Virus record (IMG/VR): IMGVR_UViG_3300045988_162524
Coordinates: 21,293-85,292 of that record
Strand: one strand, 5' to 3'
DNA: 64,000 nt
Source of the DNA: a virus
Shown here: piece by piece, positions 41,178 through 51,229 of the stretch
How the letters are laid out: every line of letters begins with the position of its first letter
How positions within the stretch are numbered: position 1 is the first letter of the stretch
Notes under the pieces: model-generated
Databases searched by the model: none
What the model was told of the DNA's origin: nothing
What the model saw: only the letters and a program-made list of their open reading frames with translations
Translations under genes and position numbers: made by a program

Positions 41178-44100
41178 TCATGTTAGTACCTTTATTGATG
41201 CGCCCCCATTAGGATGATCGCCACTGTATGTAATAACACTTGCCAATCTATCATCTATGCTTCTCAAAAGTTTAGTTTGATTTGCAAGCTCACTGTACAT
41301 TGGGTTCTGCAATGGGTCTAAGCTAGTAAATGCAGCAAAGAAATTGTTGATAACCATATTGGTGTCTGCGACAAAATATCTCATTGAATTAAGATAAGCT
41401 TCAATAACATTAGCGGTTTCTTCCGTCACACCAGTGATCCCTTGATTAAGAGTAGATCCATTGTCCTCTCCACCAGTAATTGGTACACCGAAATTCTCTG
41501 CTATTGTTTTGAAATACTCATTTAAAGCAGGCATCGTTTCATCAATTTGTTTCTGCAACGCTTCTAATTCATCATTAGATAAATATGAATCAGAACCAAT
41601 CATATTATCTAAATTCTTCATTATCGGTTCTAAGAATTTTTCTATTCCTCTTAGAGCCAACTGTTTCATAATTACATTATTGATATATTCATCCCATTTA
41701 TCTTCTAAAGCTGTTAATCCATCGCCTGTTTCTTTATAGGCTTCTAGCCAAGCAGATGCAAATTCTTCTGCGGAAGATTTCATGTCTGCTCCGCTACCAA
41801 AACCTCCTAATTCATTAAGTTTCTGACTCCTAAGTTGATCTGCCTGTTCTTGCAAATCAATTATAGCTTCTTTCCATTCATCTATTCTATCCCAATCTGT
41901 ATCTTTCTTATCTTCTTCGGCAGCTATCATATTTTGGTAACTCTTGATTTGGTCTTGAATATTACGTTGAGCATTTTCAGTACTCATATTCAGAGTATCA
42001 ATAGTATATGCATTTTCTATTGCATCACCTAATCTTTGATAAGCCTTTTGAAGCTTTTCTACTTGCTTTATTTCCTCTTGAATGGTTTGCTCTCTTCTAG
42101 CATCATGTTGCTTATTTAATGTTGTGAAAATAGATGTTATAGAGCCAACCGCATCGGCTACTGCTCCGGCAATATTGCCACTCTTGAAATTGTTCCAAGA
42201 GGACATCACTTTATTATTTACATTACCCAATAATTCTCCTGCTTGTGCAGCTTCTCTCCATCCTCCTTTGGACGTATCAACGCCTTGTGATTCTTGAAGT
42301 TCTTTAAATTGATTCATTATATCAATGGTCGCTTCAATAGATTGGTAAATACCAGTAACTATCCTGTCAATCATTGACATGGCTGAACTCATTCCGCCCT
42401 GTATCTGTCCCATTTTACCGGATATGTTAGACAGTTTACCTTGTGAAATGTTCAATTTATCATTAGAATTATTTAAAGCACTATTAGCATCTTGCAAACT
42501 CTCTGTAGCTGCTATAAGGTCATCTTTTGCGGACGCATCTATTCCAATTCTACCTCTAGCTTGTTCGGCTTCTGTTTTTGCGCTTTCAAGTCTATCTTTA
42601 GCAATTTTCTGTTCTCTCAACAGTTGATTATATCTTTCTGTTTCTGCATTAAATTCCGCTTGTAGTCTTTTTAGTTCTCTAAATTCTGCAAAAGCATTTT
42701 TACTAAACGGAGATTTAATCTGTTTTAATCTGTCTTGTATCTTATCTATCAAATCTGTATATACTTTCAAATCTGATGCATTTAGATTTCCGGCAGAAGA
42801 GTTTATAAGCTCCTGCATTCTAGCTATCATTACTTCTAATTGAGAAGCAGAATAAGCGGATAAGTCCCCCATAGCTTGAATATATTCAGGAGTTTCTTTG
42901 AACTTATCTGTATTAATCTTGCTAACTTCCTTATTTACTTTCTCTGTGACATTTTTAACGACTGTCGCATATTGTTCGGCATTCAAGCTTCCTTTATTAA
43001 AGAAATCAGTGGCAAGGCTGATTTCCAGTGCTCCTGAATTTTGTACTTGTTTAACCTTGTCTACAGATTGTTCTAAATAATTATACAATAAATCAGAACG
43101 TCTTTTAAGTTCGTTCTTTTGATTATCAGTTATTTTTTTCTGTATCTTGAAATAAGAATCAAGTTCTTTTTCTCCTAATTTTGTAACATCGGGATATTTT
43201 TCCTCTAACGCTCTAGCTATATCGTCCAACGTAGTTACATCAATGCCAAACAGATTTTGAATCAGATCTTTAGGAACACCTTTAGCCTCCAATTCGATAT
43301 ACAGTTGATAGCTATTAAACATTGAGTCCATTTGACGTTCAAATTCACTGATATTATCAAGAGTCGCTGAAACTGTAATTTCTGAACGTAATTCACCAAT
43401 GGTATTTTGCCAACTTCTCTTTAATGCTTCCGCTGATTTACCACTAATAGTATTAGAAATGGACTCCATCTCATTAGCTATCGAAGCCTTATCAAATTTT
43501 AGTTTTAATGGCTTATTGAATAATTTTTGATAAGCTGTTCCAAAAGATGAAGTTATAGTGCTTGTAGCATCTTCTTCTCCCATTGTCTGTCTTAGCTTCT
43601 CATATTGAGATTGCATTTTTTTCAATAAGTCTAATTGAGCCTTTATCTTACGTTCATAGGCTGTCTCTCCGGCTTTTTCGCCTTTCTTATCCGTATATCC
43701 AAAAAGTTTAGCTAGAGCTTGTTGAGCCTCCCCAGCTGATTTTGCTAACTGAATTGCGACTTTTTGATTCTTGTCTATATGAGGTGCAAGATTCTCAACT
43801 GAATTGGCATTTTCCTGCGCTGCTTCAATTAAGGCTTTACCAGCTGCAAAAATTTTATCTCTATATTCTTCTACATCTGTTTCTGCTGTAACAATTGGTA
43901 ATTTTAAAGCGTTTTTCCCTTTTATTTCAGGCTTATTATTATATTCATTTACATATTCAGATAGTTTTTTTTGCAGGTCGGTCATTTCTTTCTCGACTTC
44001 CTTTTCGTCATAAGAAATGCTAATACCTAAATCTTGTTTTATTCTATTTTTTAAAAAAAAGCGTGCAAAATTGCTTTCCGCCCCGGCAGAAGATTTTATA

Positions 44101-46979
44101 AATGTTGCCATTCTCTTTCCTAAATCTTCTTGTTGCTCTTTTGATAAAGCTTTAAATTCAGCTAATGTAATATTTGCTTCTTTAAGAGCGTTATCTCTTA
44201 AAGAAACATAACTTTTGTTCATCTCCTGCATTTGAACTACTCTATTTTCATTAGCATCTTCTAAATCTTCAAGTGATTTTTCAGCTGTAATCCTTAGATT
44301 ATTGAGCATACGATTTGATGTTTGAGTATGCGTCGCCAATGATCTAGCGTATGCTAAAAGAGCCTGTGTTTTTTCTTCAATAGTCGTATTACTATTTATT
44401 ATTGAATTAACCTGTGTTTTAATAGAATCTGGTATTTCTTTTTCCGTTTTAAATAGGAATTGGATTTCTTTTACTAAAGAATCATAATCTCCTGTTAGAT
44501 TTTTGATAGCTTTTTTTTGTCTATCTAAAGATTGTGTATAAGATTCTGCTTGTTCTCTAAAACTATCTCCAAATAAAGGAGTTCCTGCTTGCATTAAGCG
44601 ATTTAAGGTCTGCGTTCTTTCAAGTTCATCATTGTATTTTTTTTGTTCAGATGCTAATGATTTTATACCTTCTTTATTCTGCATTACCTTTGCGTATACT
44701 TCGGGATATTGTGTTTTTAGTATATTTAAAAGTTTCTGCGTTTTTTCTCTTTCTTCATTAGCTTTTTGTTCGGCTTCTTTATATTCTTGCGTTCCTTTCT
44801 TTACGTTTGATAAAGAAGATTCTGCATCTTCTTGTGCCTTAACTTGCTTCTCTATTTTATTTGTTAAAGATTCAAGATTGTTTTTTTGAGTATCTATTTG
44901 ATTATTTAAAACATCGTATGTAGCACGAGTTTCGTCAAGTCTTTCTGTTAAATCTTTTAGATAGAAGATAGTTCCTGCAATAGCTGTAGCTAAAATAATC
45001 CACGGGTTTGCCTTTACAAAATTAAATGATTTTATTAGAGCATTTGTAGTATACCCAATAGCTTTAGCTAATCCACCTTGTGCTATCATTGCTTCGGTTG
45101 CCGATACGCCAATCTTTCTATTCGCTGCTGCTGCTATTGCAGCTTTTATAGAATATGTAACAAAAACTGCGCCTGCGGTATTTAATGCTATTGCAAAATC
45201 TCTCCATTGTGCAACTACAGTATTTAATATATTTATAAATCCTTTCAAAACTCCATCATTAGCCTTTCCTATCTCATTAAACATAACATCAAAGTTATCT
45301 TTAAGATTGGAAATCATACCTGCCAATGTCTCGGCTTGGATTTCTTGCATGTTATAAAATATACCTCCTGCTGACGTAATTCGTTTAAAAACTTCTTCTA
45401 CATCACCAAAGGCAACCATACGTTTAGTTATTCTAGCTTGGACTTCGCCAACAGATACCATACGACCCTCTAGTTCTGTATACATAGTGGCAAGCTCTTG
45501 AAGCAATCCGACACCAGCTTCTGTAAATTGTCTTACTTCTGACGCACGTAAATAGTTAGCAGCCTTTACCTGTCCGTATGCAAGAATAAGACGACCCATA
45601 TCTACGCCTAATCCTGCTGATACGTCAGCAAGCATTTTGGTTGTATCATATAGTTTATCAGATTCTATTCTATATGCTGCTAGCTGTTTTGTATAAGTTA
45701 CCAATTCTTTTACTTGGAATGGTGATTTAACAGCTAATGCCACTGTTTTTTCCCATAAAGCGTTTGCCTCATCTTTGTTTTGCAAAATTGCTTGCAATGC
45801 TCTTTGCTGTAGTTCAAATTCTCCTCGTACAGAAACTAGCTTTTCCACATATCCCTGTATAGCTGAAACGCTAAATAATAATGCTATTTTCCTAGTTAAT
45901 TGATCGGTAGTATTGAGTACACTACTTTGAGATCTTTTAACTCGTTCCATACTTTTTGCAACATTATCGTTTGCTTGTTGAAGCCGTTGTGTTTCCGATG
46001 CTATTTTAGATAATTGGGAAGAGTAATCTCGTCCAGTAGAGTTTAAGGCTCTTTGTGCATTAGCTAATGCTTCAATCTTTCTTGCCCGTTGAACAATAGT
46101 GACCTCGCTTTTATTTAATGCTCTTGCGTATTGTTCTTCGGCTCTTGCTGCTTCTTGATTAGCCTTATTTGCTCTTGCGCTATTTTTCTTTTCTTCGGCT
46201 TTCGCAGCTTTATCTAATGCTATTGCAACCTTTTGAGCAGCTTTACCAAGTTCATCTTCCGCCTTCGCTTGTTTTTGCAGTAAGGATTGACCACTTCTAT
46301 ATAAAGCATTCAATCTTTCTAATTCTTCACGTTTTCTTTGTTCAGGCAAAGATTTTGAGTCGGATTCTAAACTTTTTAGTTTAGCTAAATTGTCAGCTAC
46401 CTTCTTTTGCTCTAACTGGTAATTTACAATCGCTTGTTGTTTTTGTTGATATAATGCTATTGTTTGTTTGATTGATTCAGCTTCGGCTAGATTTGCAGCG
46501 TAATTAGACTGATCTTCTTTTGATAATACACCACCCTTACCACTTTGTATTTGAGATAAAGTATTTTCATATTCTTTGATTGAGCGATTTATTGCATCTA
46601 ACCGCTGTTGTTGTATCTTTAAATTCTCATTAATACCTTGCCATGCCAAAACAGAATTATTGGCAGACGATGATTGAGAAGATATATATTTTAATTGATT
46701 CAGCTTATTCGCAACTTCGGCTATTCCAGCAGCAGCCTTTTCCGAATCACTCGTGTATTTTTTTAACCCTGACCCTAAATCTAATTTACCTATATTTTTT
46801 AATGCATCAAGCCGTTTTATCAATGGGTCAACAGATAAAGCCATGCTCGAAAATGCTTGATTGAACCTGTTTGCTGTTTTTTCGCTACTTTCAGCTATAG
46901 CATTTATTTTAGTATCTGCTAATTCTAGTTTCTTTAATACCTCATCAGGTATTGTTAATACATATCCTGTTGCTCCCAT
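41178..46979 (-). CDS. tail tape measure protein (1933 aa)
   Basis: Size, extended coiled coils, central hydrophobic segments, and position directly after the chaperone pair. Confidence 0.9.
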   Translation of the reverse strand: MGATGYVLTIPDEVLKKLELADTKINAIAESSEKTANRFNQAFSSMALSVDPLIKRLDALKNIGKLDLGSGLKKYTSDSEKAAAGIAEVANKLNQLKYISSQSSSANNSVLAWQGINENLKIQQQRLDAINRSIKEYENTLSQIQSGKGGVLSKEDQSNYAANLAEAESIKQTIALYQQKQQAIVNYQLEQKKVADNLAKLKSLESDSKSLPEQRKREELERLNALYRSGQSLLQKQAKAEDELGKAAQKVAIALDKAAKAEEKKNSARANKANQEAARAEEQYARALNKSEVTIVQRARKIEALANAQRALNSTGRDYSSQLSKIASETQRLQQANDNVAKSMERVKRSQSSVLNTTDQLTRKIALLFSVSAIQGYVEKLVSVRGEFELQQRALQAILQNKDEANALWEKTVALAVKSPFQVKELVTYTKQLAAYRIESDKLYDTTKMLADVSAGLGVDMGRLILAYGQVKAANYLRASEVRQFTEAGVGLLQELATMYTELEGRMVSVGEVQARITKRMVAFGDVEEVFKRITSAGGIFYNMQEIQAETLAGMISNLKDNFDVMFNEIGKANDGVLKGFINILNTVVAQWRDFAIALNTAGAVFVTYSIKAAIAAAANRKIGVSATEAMIAQGGLAKAIGYTTNALIKSFNFVKANPWIILATAIAGTIFYLKDLTERLDETRATYDVLNNQIDTQKNNLESLTNKIEKQVKAQEDAESSLSNVKKGTQEYKEAEQKANEEREKTQKLLNILKTQYPEVYAKVMQNKEGIKSLASEQKKYNDELERTQTLNRLMQAGTPLFGDSFREQAESYTQSLDRQKKAIKNLTGDYDSLVKEIQFLFKTEKEIPDSIKTQVNSIINSNTTIEEKTQALLAYARSLATHTQTSNRMLNNLRITAEKSLEDLEDANENRVVQMQEMNKSYVSLRDNALKEANITLAEFKALSKEQQEDLGKRMATFIKSSAGAESNFARFFLKNRIKQDLGISISYDEKEVEKEMTDLQKKLSEYVNEYNNKPEIKGKNALKLPIVTAETDVEEYRDKIFAAGKALIEAAQENANSVENLAPHIDKNQKVAIQLAKSAGEAQQALAKLFGYTDKKGEKAGETAYERKIKAQLDLLKKMQSQYEKLRQTMGEEDATSTITSSFGTAYQKLFNKPLKLKFDKASIANEMESISNTISGKSAEALKRSWQNTIGELRSEITVSATLDNISEFERQMDSMFNSYQLYIELEAKGVPKDLIQNLFGIDVTTLDDIARALEEKYPDVTKLGEKELDSYFKIQKKITDNQKNELKRRSDLLYNYLEQSVDKVKQVQNSGALEISLATDFFNKGSLNAEQYATVVKNVTEKVNKEVSKINTDKFKETPEYIQAMGDLSAYSASQLEVMIARMQELINSSAGNLNASDLKVYTDLIDKIQDRLKQIKSPFSKNAFAEFRELKRLQAEFNAETERYNQLLREQKIAKDRLESAKTEAEQARGRIGIDASAKDDLIAATESLQDANSALNNSNDKLNISQGKLSNISGKMGQIQGGMSSAMSMIDRIVTGIYQSIEATIDIMNQFKELQESQGVDTSKGGWREAAQAGELLGNVNNKVMSSWNNFKSGNIAGAVADAVGSITSIFTTLNKQHDARREQTIQEEIKQVEKLQKAYQRLGDAIENAYTIDTLNMSTENAQRNIQDQIKSYQNMIAAEEDKKDTDWDRIDEWKEAIIDLQEQADQLRSQKLNELGGFGSGADMKSSAEEFASAWLEAYKETGDGLTALEDKWDEYINNVIMKQLALRGIEKFLEPIMKNLDNMIGSDSYLSNDELEALQKQIDETMPALNEYFKTIAENFGVPITGGEDNGSTLNQGITGVTEETANVIEAYLNSMRYFVADTNMVINNFFAAFTSLDPLQNPMYSELANQTKLLRSIDDRLASVITYSGDHPNGGASIKVLT

Positions 46980-46985
46980 TGTTAT

Positions 46986-47198
46986 TTATTTTTGATTAAA
47001 AATTGGTATGCCAAAATCGTTTTTAAATAAGTCGTCGGTTGAATTTATTTTTGGTGCTTTGTCTTTTTTAGCTTGTTCTTCTGACAAATATTCAATATGA
47101 GTTGTATCGTATTGTGCTAGCAATATTTGAGGAACTGTCATGTGCCACATGTATTGTTCCATAGTCACAGATGGATAAGCTTTTATAAAATCAAACAT
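46986..47198 (-). CDS. tail assembly chaperone, frameshift-extension (T-like) ORF
   Basis: Overlaps the end of 47183..47716 in the -1 frame at a GGGGAAA site; located just before the tape measure gene. Confidence 0.5.
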   Translation of the reverse strand: MFDFIKAYPSVTMEQYMWHMTVPQILLAQYDTTHIEYLSEEQAKKDKAPKINSTDDLFKNDFGIPIFNQK

Positions 47199-47716
47199 TT
47201 CCCCGTAGCTTGTTCTTGCGATGACTGTTTTCGTTCTTCCATCTTCGTCTTTCTTTCCAGTGTCATTTGGCGGAACGTCTGTGTCAATTCTGTAATCGCA
47301 AAAAAAAACTCAACTGACAATAAGTTAAGAACTTCAAATAGAATAGTAGCCCAGTCTTTCATATCCTCGCATTCCCAAAATAAAGCATCATATACTTTGT
47401 CATATTCAGGGTCGCCACTTTTAATATGGTTTTTATTATTCAACAAAGCAAGTGTAAGAATACGACAGACAGATGGCATATTGATAGAAAGACCTTGTAA
47501 TACATCACTAAAGGTCGCCTTTTCTACTTTATTTATTTGTGCGGCTTCTTTAGCTATCAGCCACATTATACCGGGTTTCAATGCTGTAATTTCCCATTCT
47601 GTATCTTTTAATTTTAAAAGGCTAGGGCTGTCAGTCATAATCTGTACAAGACGTTCCATAGCTTCATCAGAAACAGGATCTTTTATCGTTTTATATATTG
47701 GTTTACTATTTGCCAT
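47183..47716 (-). CDS. tail assembly chaperone (G-like)
   Basis: Position between the tail tube and tape measure genes. Confidence 0.55.
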   Translation of the reverse strand: MANSKPIYKTIKDPVSDEAMERLVQIMTDSPSLLKLKDTEWEITALKPGIMWLIAKEAAQINKVEKATFSDVLQGLSINMPSVCRILTLALLNNKNHIKSGDPEYDKVYDALFWECEDMKDWATILFEVLNLLSVEFFFAITELTQTFRQMTLERKTKMEERKQSSQEQATGKCLIL

Positions 47717-47733
47717 ATCTTTTTAAAAAATAA

Positions 47734-47755
47734 GGGAAGGAGTAACCTCCCTCCC
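47734..47755 (-). terminator. hairpin terminator/attenuator after the tail tube gene
   Basis: GGGAAGGAG-TAAC-CTCCCTCCC (one mismatch), flanked by A/T runs. Confidence 0.6.
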
Positions 47756-47861
47756 TTTTATTAAAGAATTGTATTTTTCTTTTTAGATGTAACTCCATTA
47801 GAAGCTACCCTTGTTTCTCCGATTGAACTTTCTAGGGAATTAGCCGGAGACACTGATTCCC

Positions 47862-48461
47862 TTACGCTCCCCCCGTGCCATCTAATGACATATCTGTAGG
47901 CGGAACGGTATAATTATAAATCATAGCCAAAGGAGTCAATGTTGCAGTATCTGTCCCATATTTGAACTGAACAGCCTGCGCTGATCCGCCAAGAGCAATA
48001 CGACCGATAGAAGTACTCATTGAATCAAGAGTAATTGTCGGACTCAATTGCAATTTCGGCAATACAACAGCGGTATATTTACTGCCATTTTGAAATACCA
48101 TGTCGATACGAGCAAATTTCTCTACATAGCCATCAGGCGCATAGGCGTTCTTACCTGCACCAATGGTGAATCCTAGCAAATCTTTTAAGAGTTCTGCCTG
48201 CAAATCTCCAATTTCAGTAGTAAACGTATAGTTACCTGCTTGAATGTTGTTAATGATTGGAGTTGAAGATAATTCATTTTCAATAGGATTTTCAGTATTA
48301 TCCTCTTGTGTGATAGTAGTTGAATCACGAATAATATCCATACATTGCCAAGTTTTTGTACCAGGTGCGCCATCTACATACGGTGTTACATATAAAAACT
48401 TGGGATTGTAGATAATGGAGTTAGCGTTATTTTTTCTAGTCTCTGTAACTGTTAATGCCAT
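47862..48461 (-). CDS. major tail (tube) protein
   Basis: Position upstream of the chaperones; 199 aa; followed by an attenuator hairpin. Confidence 0.6.
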   Translation of the reverse strand: MALTVTETRKNNANSIIYNPKFLYVTPYVDGAPGTKTWQCMDIIRDSTTITQEDNTENPIENELSSTPIINNIQAGNYTFTTEIGDLQAELLKDLLGFTIGAGKNAYAPDGYVEKFARIDMVFQNGSKYTAVVLPKLQLSPTITLDSMSTSIGRIALGGSAQAVQFKYGTDTATLTPLAMIYNYTVPPTDMSLDGTGGA

Positions 48462-48473
48462 AATTTTTTATTT

Positions 48474-48866
48474 TTAAACGATTAATAATTGAATTTCTAC
48501 TATATTACAATGCATCTTAGCATCACTATCAAAATCAGCAAATGTGCCTTTTTTGCTAACTGCATAAGACGCATTTTTATTGTTTTCTAAAGCTTCATTT
48601 AGAGCTTTTTCGAGTTTAGACATTACAGCAACATTCTTACGTCCATTGCTGAATGGCTTTGCATATAACCAAACTAATACAGTTCCTACACCATAGGCAT
48701 TCAAATCTTGGATAGAATTAGCACAGTCAATCACAACAAGGTCAGACCAAGTAGTATCAATATTTGTAGGGACAGTTGTAAAGAAAGTATTAGAAGATAC
48801 TTTTTCATCCAATAATTCATTGAAAAAGGTTTCAATAGTTGATATATTTAATAAATTCTTATCCAT
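48474..48866 (-). CDS. head-tail connector / tail terminator-like protein (130 aa)
   Basis: Position only. Confidence 0.45.
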   Translation of the reverse strand: MDKNLLNISTIETFFNELLDEKVSSNTFFTTVPTNIDTTWSDLVVIDCANSIQDLNAYGVGTVLVWLYAKPFSNGRKNVAVMSKLEKALNEALENNKNASYAVSKKGTFADFDSDAKMHCNIVEIQLLIV

Positions 48867-49329
48867 TTACTTTCCCGTTTTGAATTATAGAAACTTTAGC
48901 TTTACCTACTTCTTGTGCCAATGCTCTAATGTCATCTCCAATCATAGATATAACTTTATATTTCCTACGTAAATTACCTCCGCCTAATTCTAATATTCCA
49001 CCATAAAATATGGCTACTGCAACTACAAGCTGCATTCCCTTATCTTTTGGCTTATAATCATCGAAAAAATCAGAGATAGCCTGTCTACCTGTAATTGCCT
49101 CTTGTTGATATGGATCGTATTTAGAAGTTGTTGCAGCTTTACTAAAATACATTTTACTATTTGGATAAAGTTCGCCATTATAAAAAACTGCACTCCCATA
49201 ACTATCGTGAAGATTTTGGGTCTTATTCTTATTGTAGTCAGCCTCTAAATAAGCCTTTTCAATTAAGTTCCGACCTTTTATAGCTAATTTCTTCGCCAAA
49301 TCATCAATATATGGACTTACACGTCTCAT
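48859..49329 (-). CDS. head-tail connector protein (156 aa)
   Basis: Position only. Confidence 0.45.
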   Translation of the reverse strand: MRRVSPYIDDLAKKLAIKGRNLIEKAYLEADYNKNKTQNLHDSYGSAVFYNGELYPNSKMYFSKAATTSKYDPYQQEAITGRQAISDFFDDYKPKDKGMQLVVAVAIFYGGILELGGGNLRRKYKVISMIGDDIRALAQEVGKAKVSIIQNGKVNG

Positions 49330-49676
49330 TATCCACTAGTATTATCTTTTACATAAACTGCACAACCACCTAATTGAGTTGGTATAACATCAATAACGAT
49401 AGCATCAGTAATAGAGAAGCCATACATCTTGCTCCTAAATTTATGACCTTTTTTTATTGATATACCTACTGATTTATCAAAAGGGAAATACACATTGTAT
49501 GCGTTTGATATTACACCTGAATCTTCTTTCTGCGCCCCTTGTATATCACATTTAGTTTCCAAGACTATAATCTCTTCTTCTACCTGTTGATCGGCAGGTT
49601 TGCTTCCATCAATCCCATAAGTGTAAAATACTCCATCAAAAGGATATTCTTGCATTATGTCCCTATCTATAATCAT
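49329..49676 (-). CDS. head-tail connector protein (115 aa)
   Basis: Position only. Confidence 0.45.
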   Translation of the reverse strand: MIIDRDIMQEYPFDGVFYTYGIDGSKPADQQVEEEIIVLETKCDIQGAQKEDSGVISNAYNVYFPFDKSVGISIKKGHKFRSKMYGFSITDAIVIDVIPTQLGGCAVYVKDNTSG

Positions 49677-50068
49677 CAGTCGTACTCATTTATCCAAGTT
49701 GTTGTACTACCACCTAATAATTCAGCCTTTGGATCGTCCCATTTCTTATACAGACCTATCATAATATTATATACATCTTTTTTAGAATCGTATCGTTGGC
49801 TACCAATCGTTTGAGTATAAGCTCCATGTTGGTTCGTCAGACTAGCAGTGTAATTGGGAGCGGTAAAAATAACATAAAGCAAATCAGCCAATAGCAAATC
49901 TTTTTGCTGTTGTGTAAGCTGTTTGGTATCTGCAATATCTATAACGTCTCTATCTACTGCAATACGGGTAAGGACTGCCTTGTCAAAGACAAAGGCAGTC
50001 AAACCTTCAAGATAGTGTATAATATCAATTTGAGCCATATTAAGAATCTGCTGTTGCTGTATCAACAA
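49676..50068 (-). CDS. head-tail connector protein (130 aa)
   Basis: Position only. Confidence 0.45.
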   Translation of the reverse strand: MLIQQQQILNMAQIDIIHYLEGLTAFVFDKAVLTRIAVDRDVIDIADTKQLTQQQKDLLLADLLYVIFTAPNYTASLTNQHGAYTQTIGSQRYDSKKDVYNIMIGLYKKWDDPKAELLGGSTTTWINEYD

Positions 50069-51215
50069 TAATATGTTCCGGGAACTCTGTTAAAGCAGGA
50101 ATAAATGACGTAATCAAACGAGTATTCCATGACTTATATTCACCATCTACCATTTCAGCATTATGGATAAGCGAGAATCCATCAATTGGAGCAAAAGCCT
50201 GTGACACAACGTTATTACCCGCCATATTAGCCATCTCTTGGTCTAAACTAGTTGTATGCATAATAAGACCTGCATATCCGACTGGACGAAGTACAGCAAC
50301 GTTTGCAGCCCAACCATTAACAGTAGTATCACCTTTCCAATCCTTATTCTTTTCTTCCTCTACTACAATTTCGATAGGAGAAAGACCATCAAATGCTGCA
50401 ACAGCATCATCGAATTGTTTTTTCAGAACAACAGGAATATCTGGGGCTTCCATTGGGCTATTTGTGTTCAAATTACGCAAATAGTTTATCCACTGTTTGA
50501 CTTCCGCATTATGCAGAAATACATCACTGTACATTTTCTTTGGGATAAGCCATTTCATCGCACCAGTAAATCCTGTTCTTTGTCTAAATCCATCTTCAAT
50601 AATTGCCATTTGAGAGAATAATTTAGCATCGGGAGCAGTCCACACTTTTTCTCCTGCCTTTACAAAGTTTTCTTCTGGAATAGCGGCTTTTTGTTTAATG
50701 CCTTTGATACCTCGACCAATATCATACTTAACATAACCTTCTGTCTGAAGTTGAGCGCACATATAATTTGCAGTTTGGTCTTTAGCATCAATCAAGTCTT
50801 GGACTCTTTTAGTCCATTCTCTGATAAATTTAGCATCATTCCCAAATTCTGCAAAATATTTTTCCTTATACATACGTTCCATTGCTGTTTCAGCAATAGC
50901 ATCTGATGTAAAGTCGGGGATTGTTCCTGTATAGAAAGAAATTCCTTCCTTTTTATACGGATGTGCCTTACCTAATGGAGCACGCATATCCAAAACACCA
51001 GCAGCACGATTTTCAGATGCTTGAACCATGAAGCTAGCCTTACCAGAAGAATCGGTAGGAGTTACTTCAGGATTAACTGCAAATTGATTTCTCCACCAAT
51101 TATAATTGATATTAATCATTCCTGAATTATCAATATAATCACGGAGTATTTGCTGACCTTCTCCGCTACGGAAAAAAGCCGCATATCTACTATTATTAAA
51201 ATCGAATCTTGACAT
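50040..51215 (-). CDS. major capsid protein (391 aa)
   Basis: Size and gene order scaffold - decoration - capsid (lambda Nu3/D/E-like order). Confidence 0.65.
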   Translation of the reverse strand: MSRFDFNNSRYAAFFRSGEGQQILRDYIDNSGMININYNWWRNQFAVNPEVTPTDSSGKASFMVQASENRAAGVLDMRAPLGKAHPYKKEGISFYTGTIPDFTSDAIAETAMERMYKEKYFAEFGNDAKFIREWTKRVQDLIDAKDQTANYMCAQLQTEGYVKYDIGRGIKGIKQKAAIPEENFVKAGEKVWTAPDAKLFSQMAIIEDGFRQRTGFTGAMKWLIPKKMYSDVFLHNAEVKQWINYLRNLNTNSPMEAPDIPVVLKKQFDDAVAAFDGLSPIEIVVEEEKNKDWKGDTTVNGWAANVAVLRPVGYAGLIMHTTSLDQEMANMAGNNVVSQAFAPIDGFSLIHNAEMVDGEYKSWNTRLITSFIPALTEFPEHIIVDTATADS

Positions 51216-51229
51216 AATTCTTATTTTCT

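Noticed and set aside
41461-46864. Numerous 60-90-aa plus-strand ORFs inside the tape measure gene, and similar antisense ORFs inside other long genes (for example 3364..4029, 11854..12285, 24528..24968, 55589..56146)
   Set aside because: They are antisense shadows of long, confidently coding ORFs. Their composition is low-complexity Ser/Leu/Phe-rich, with no independent signals.
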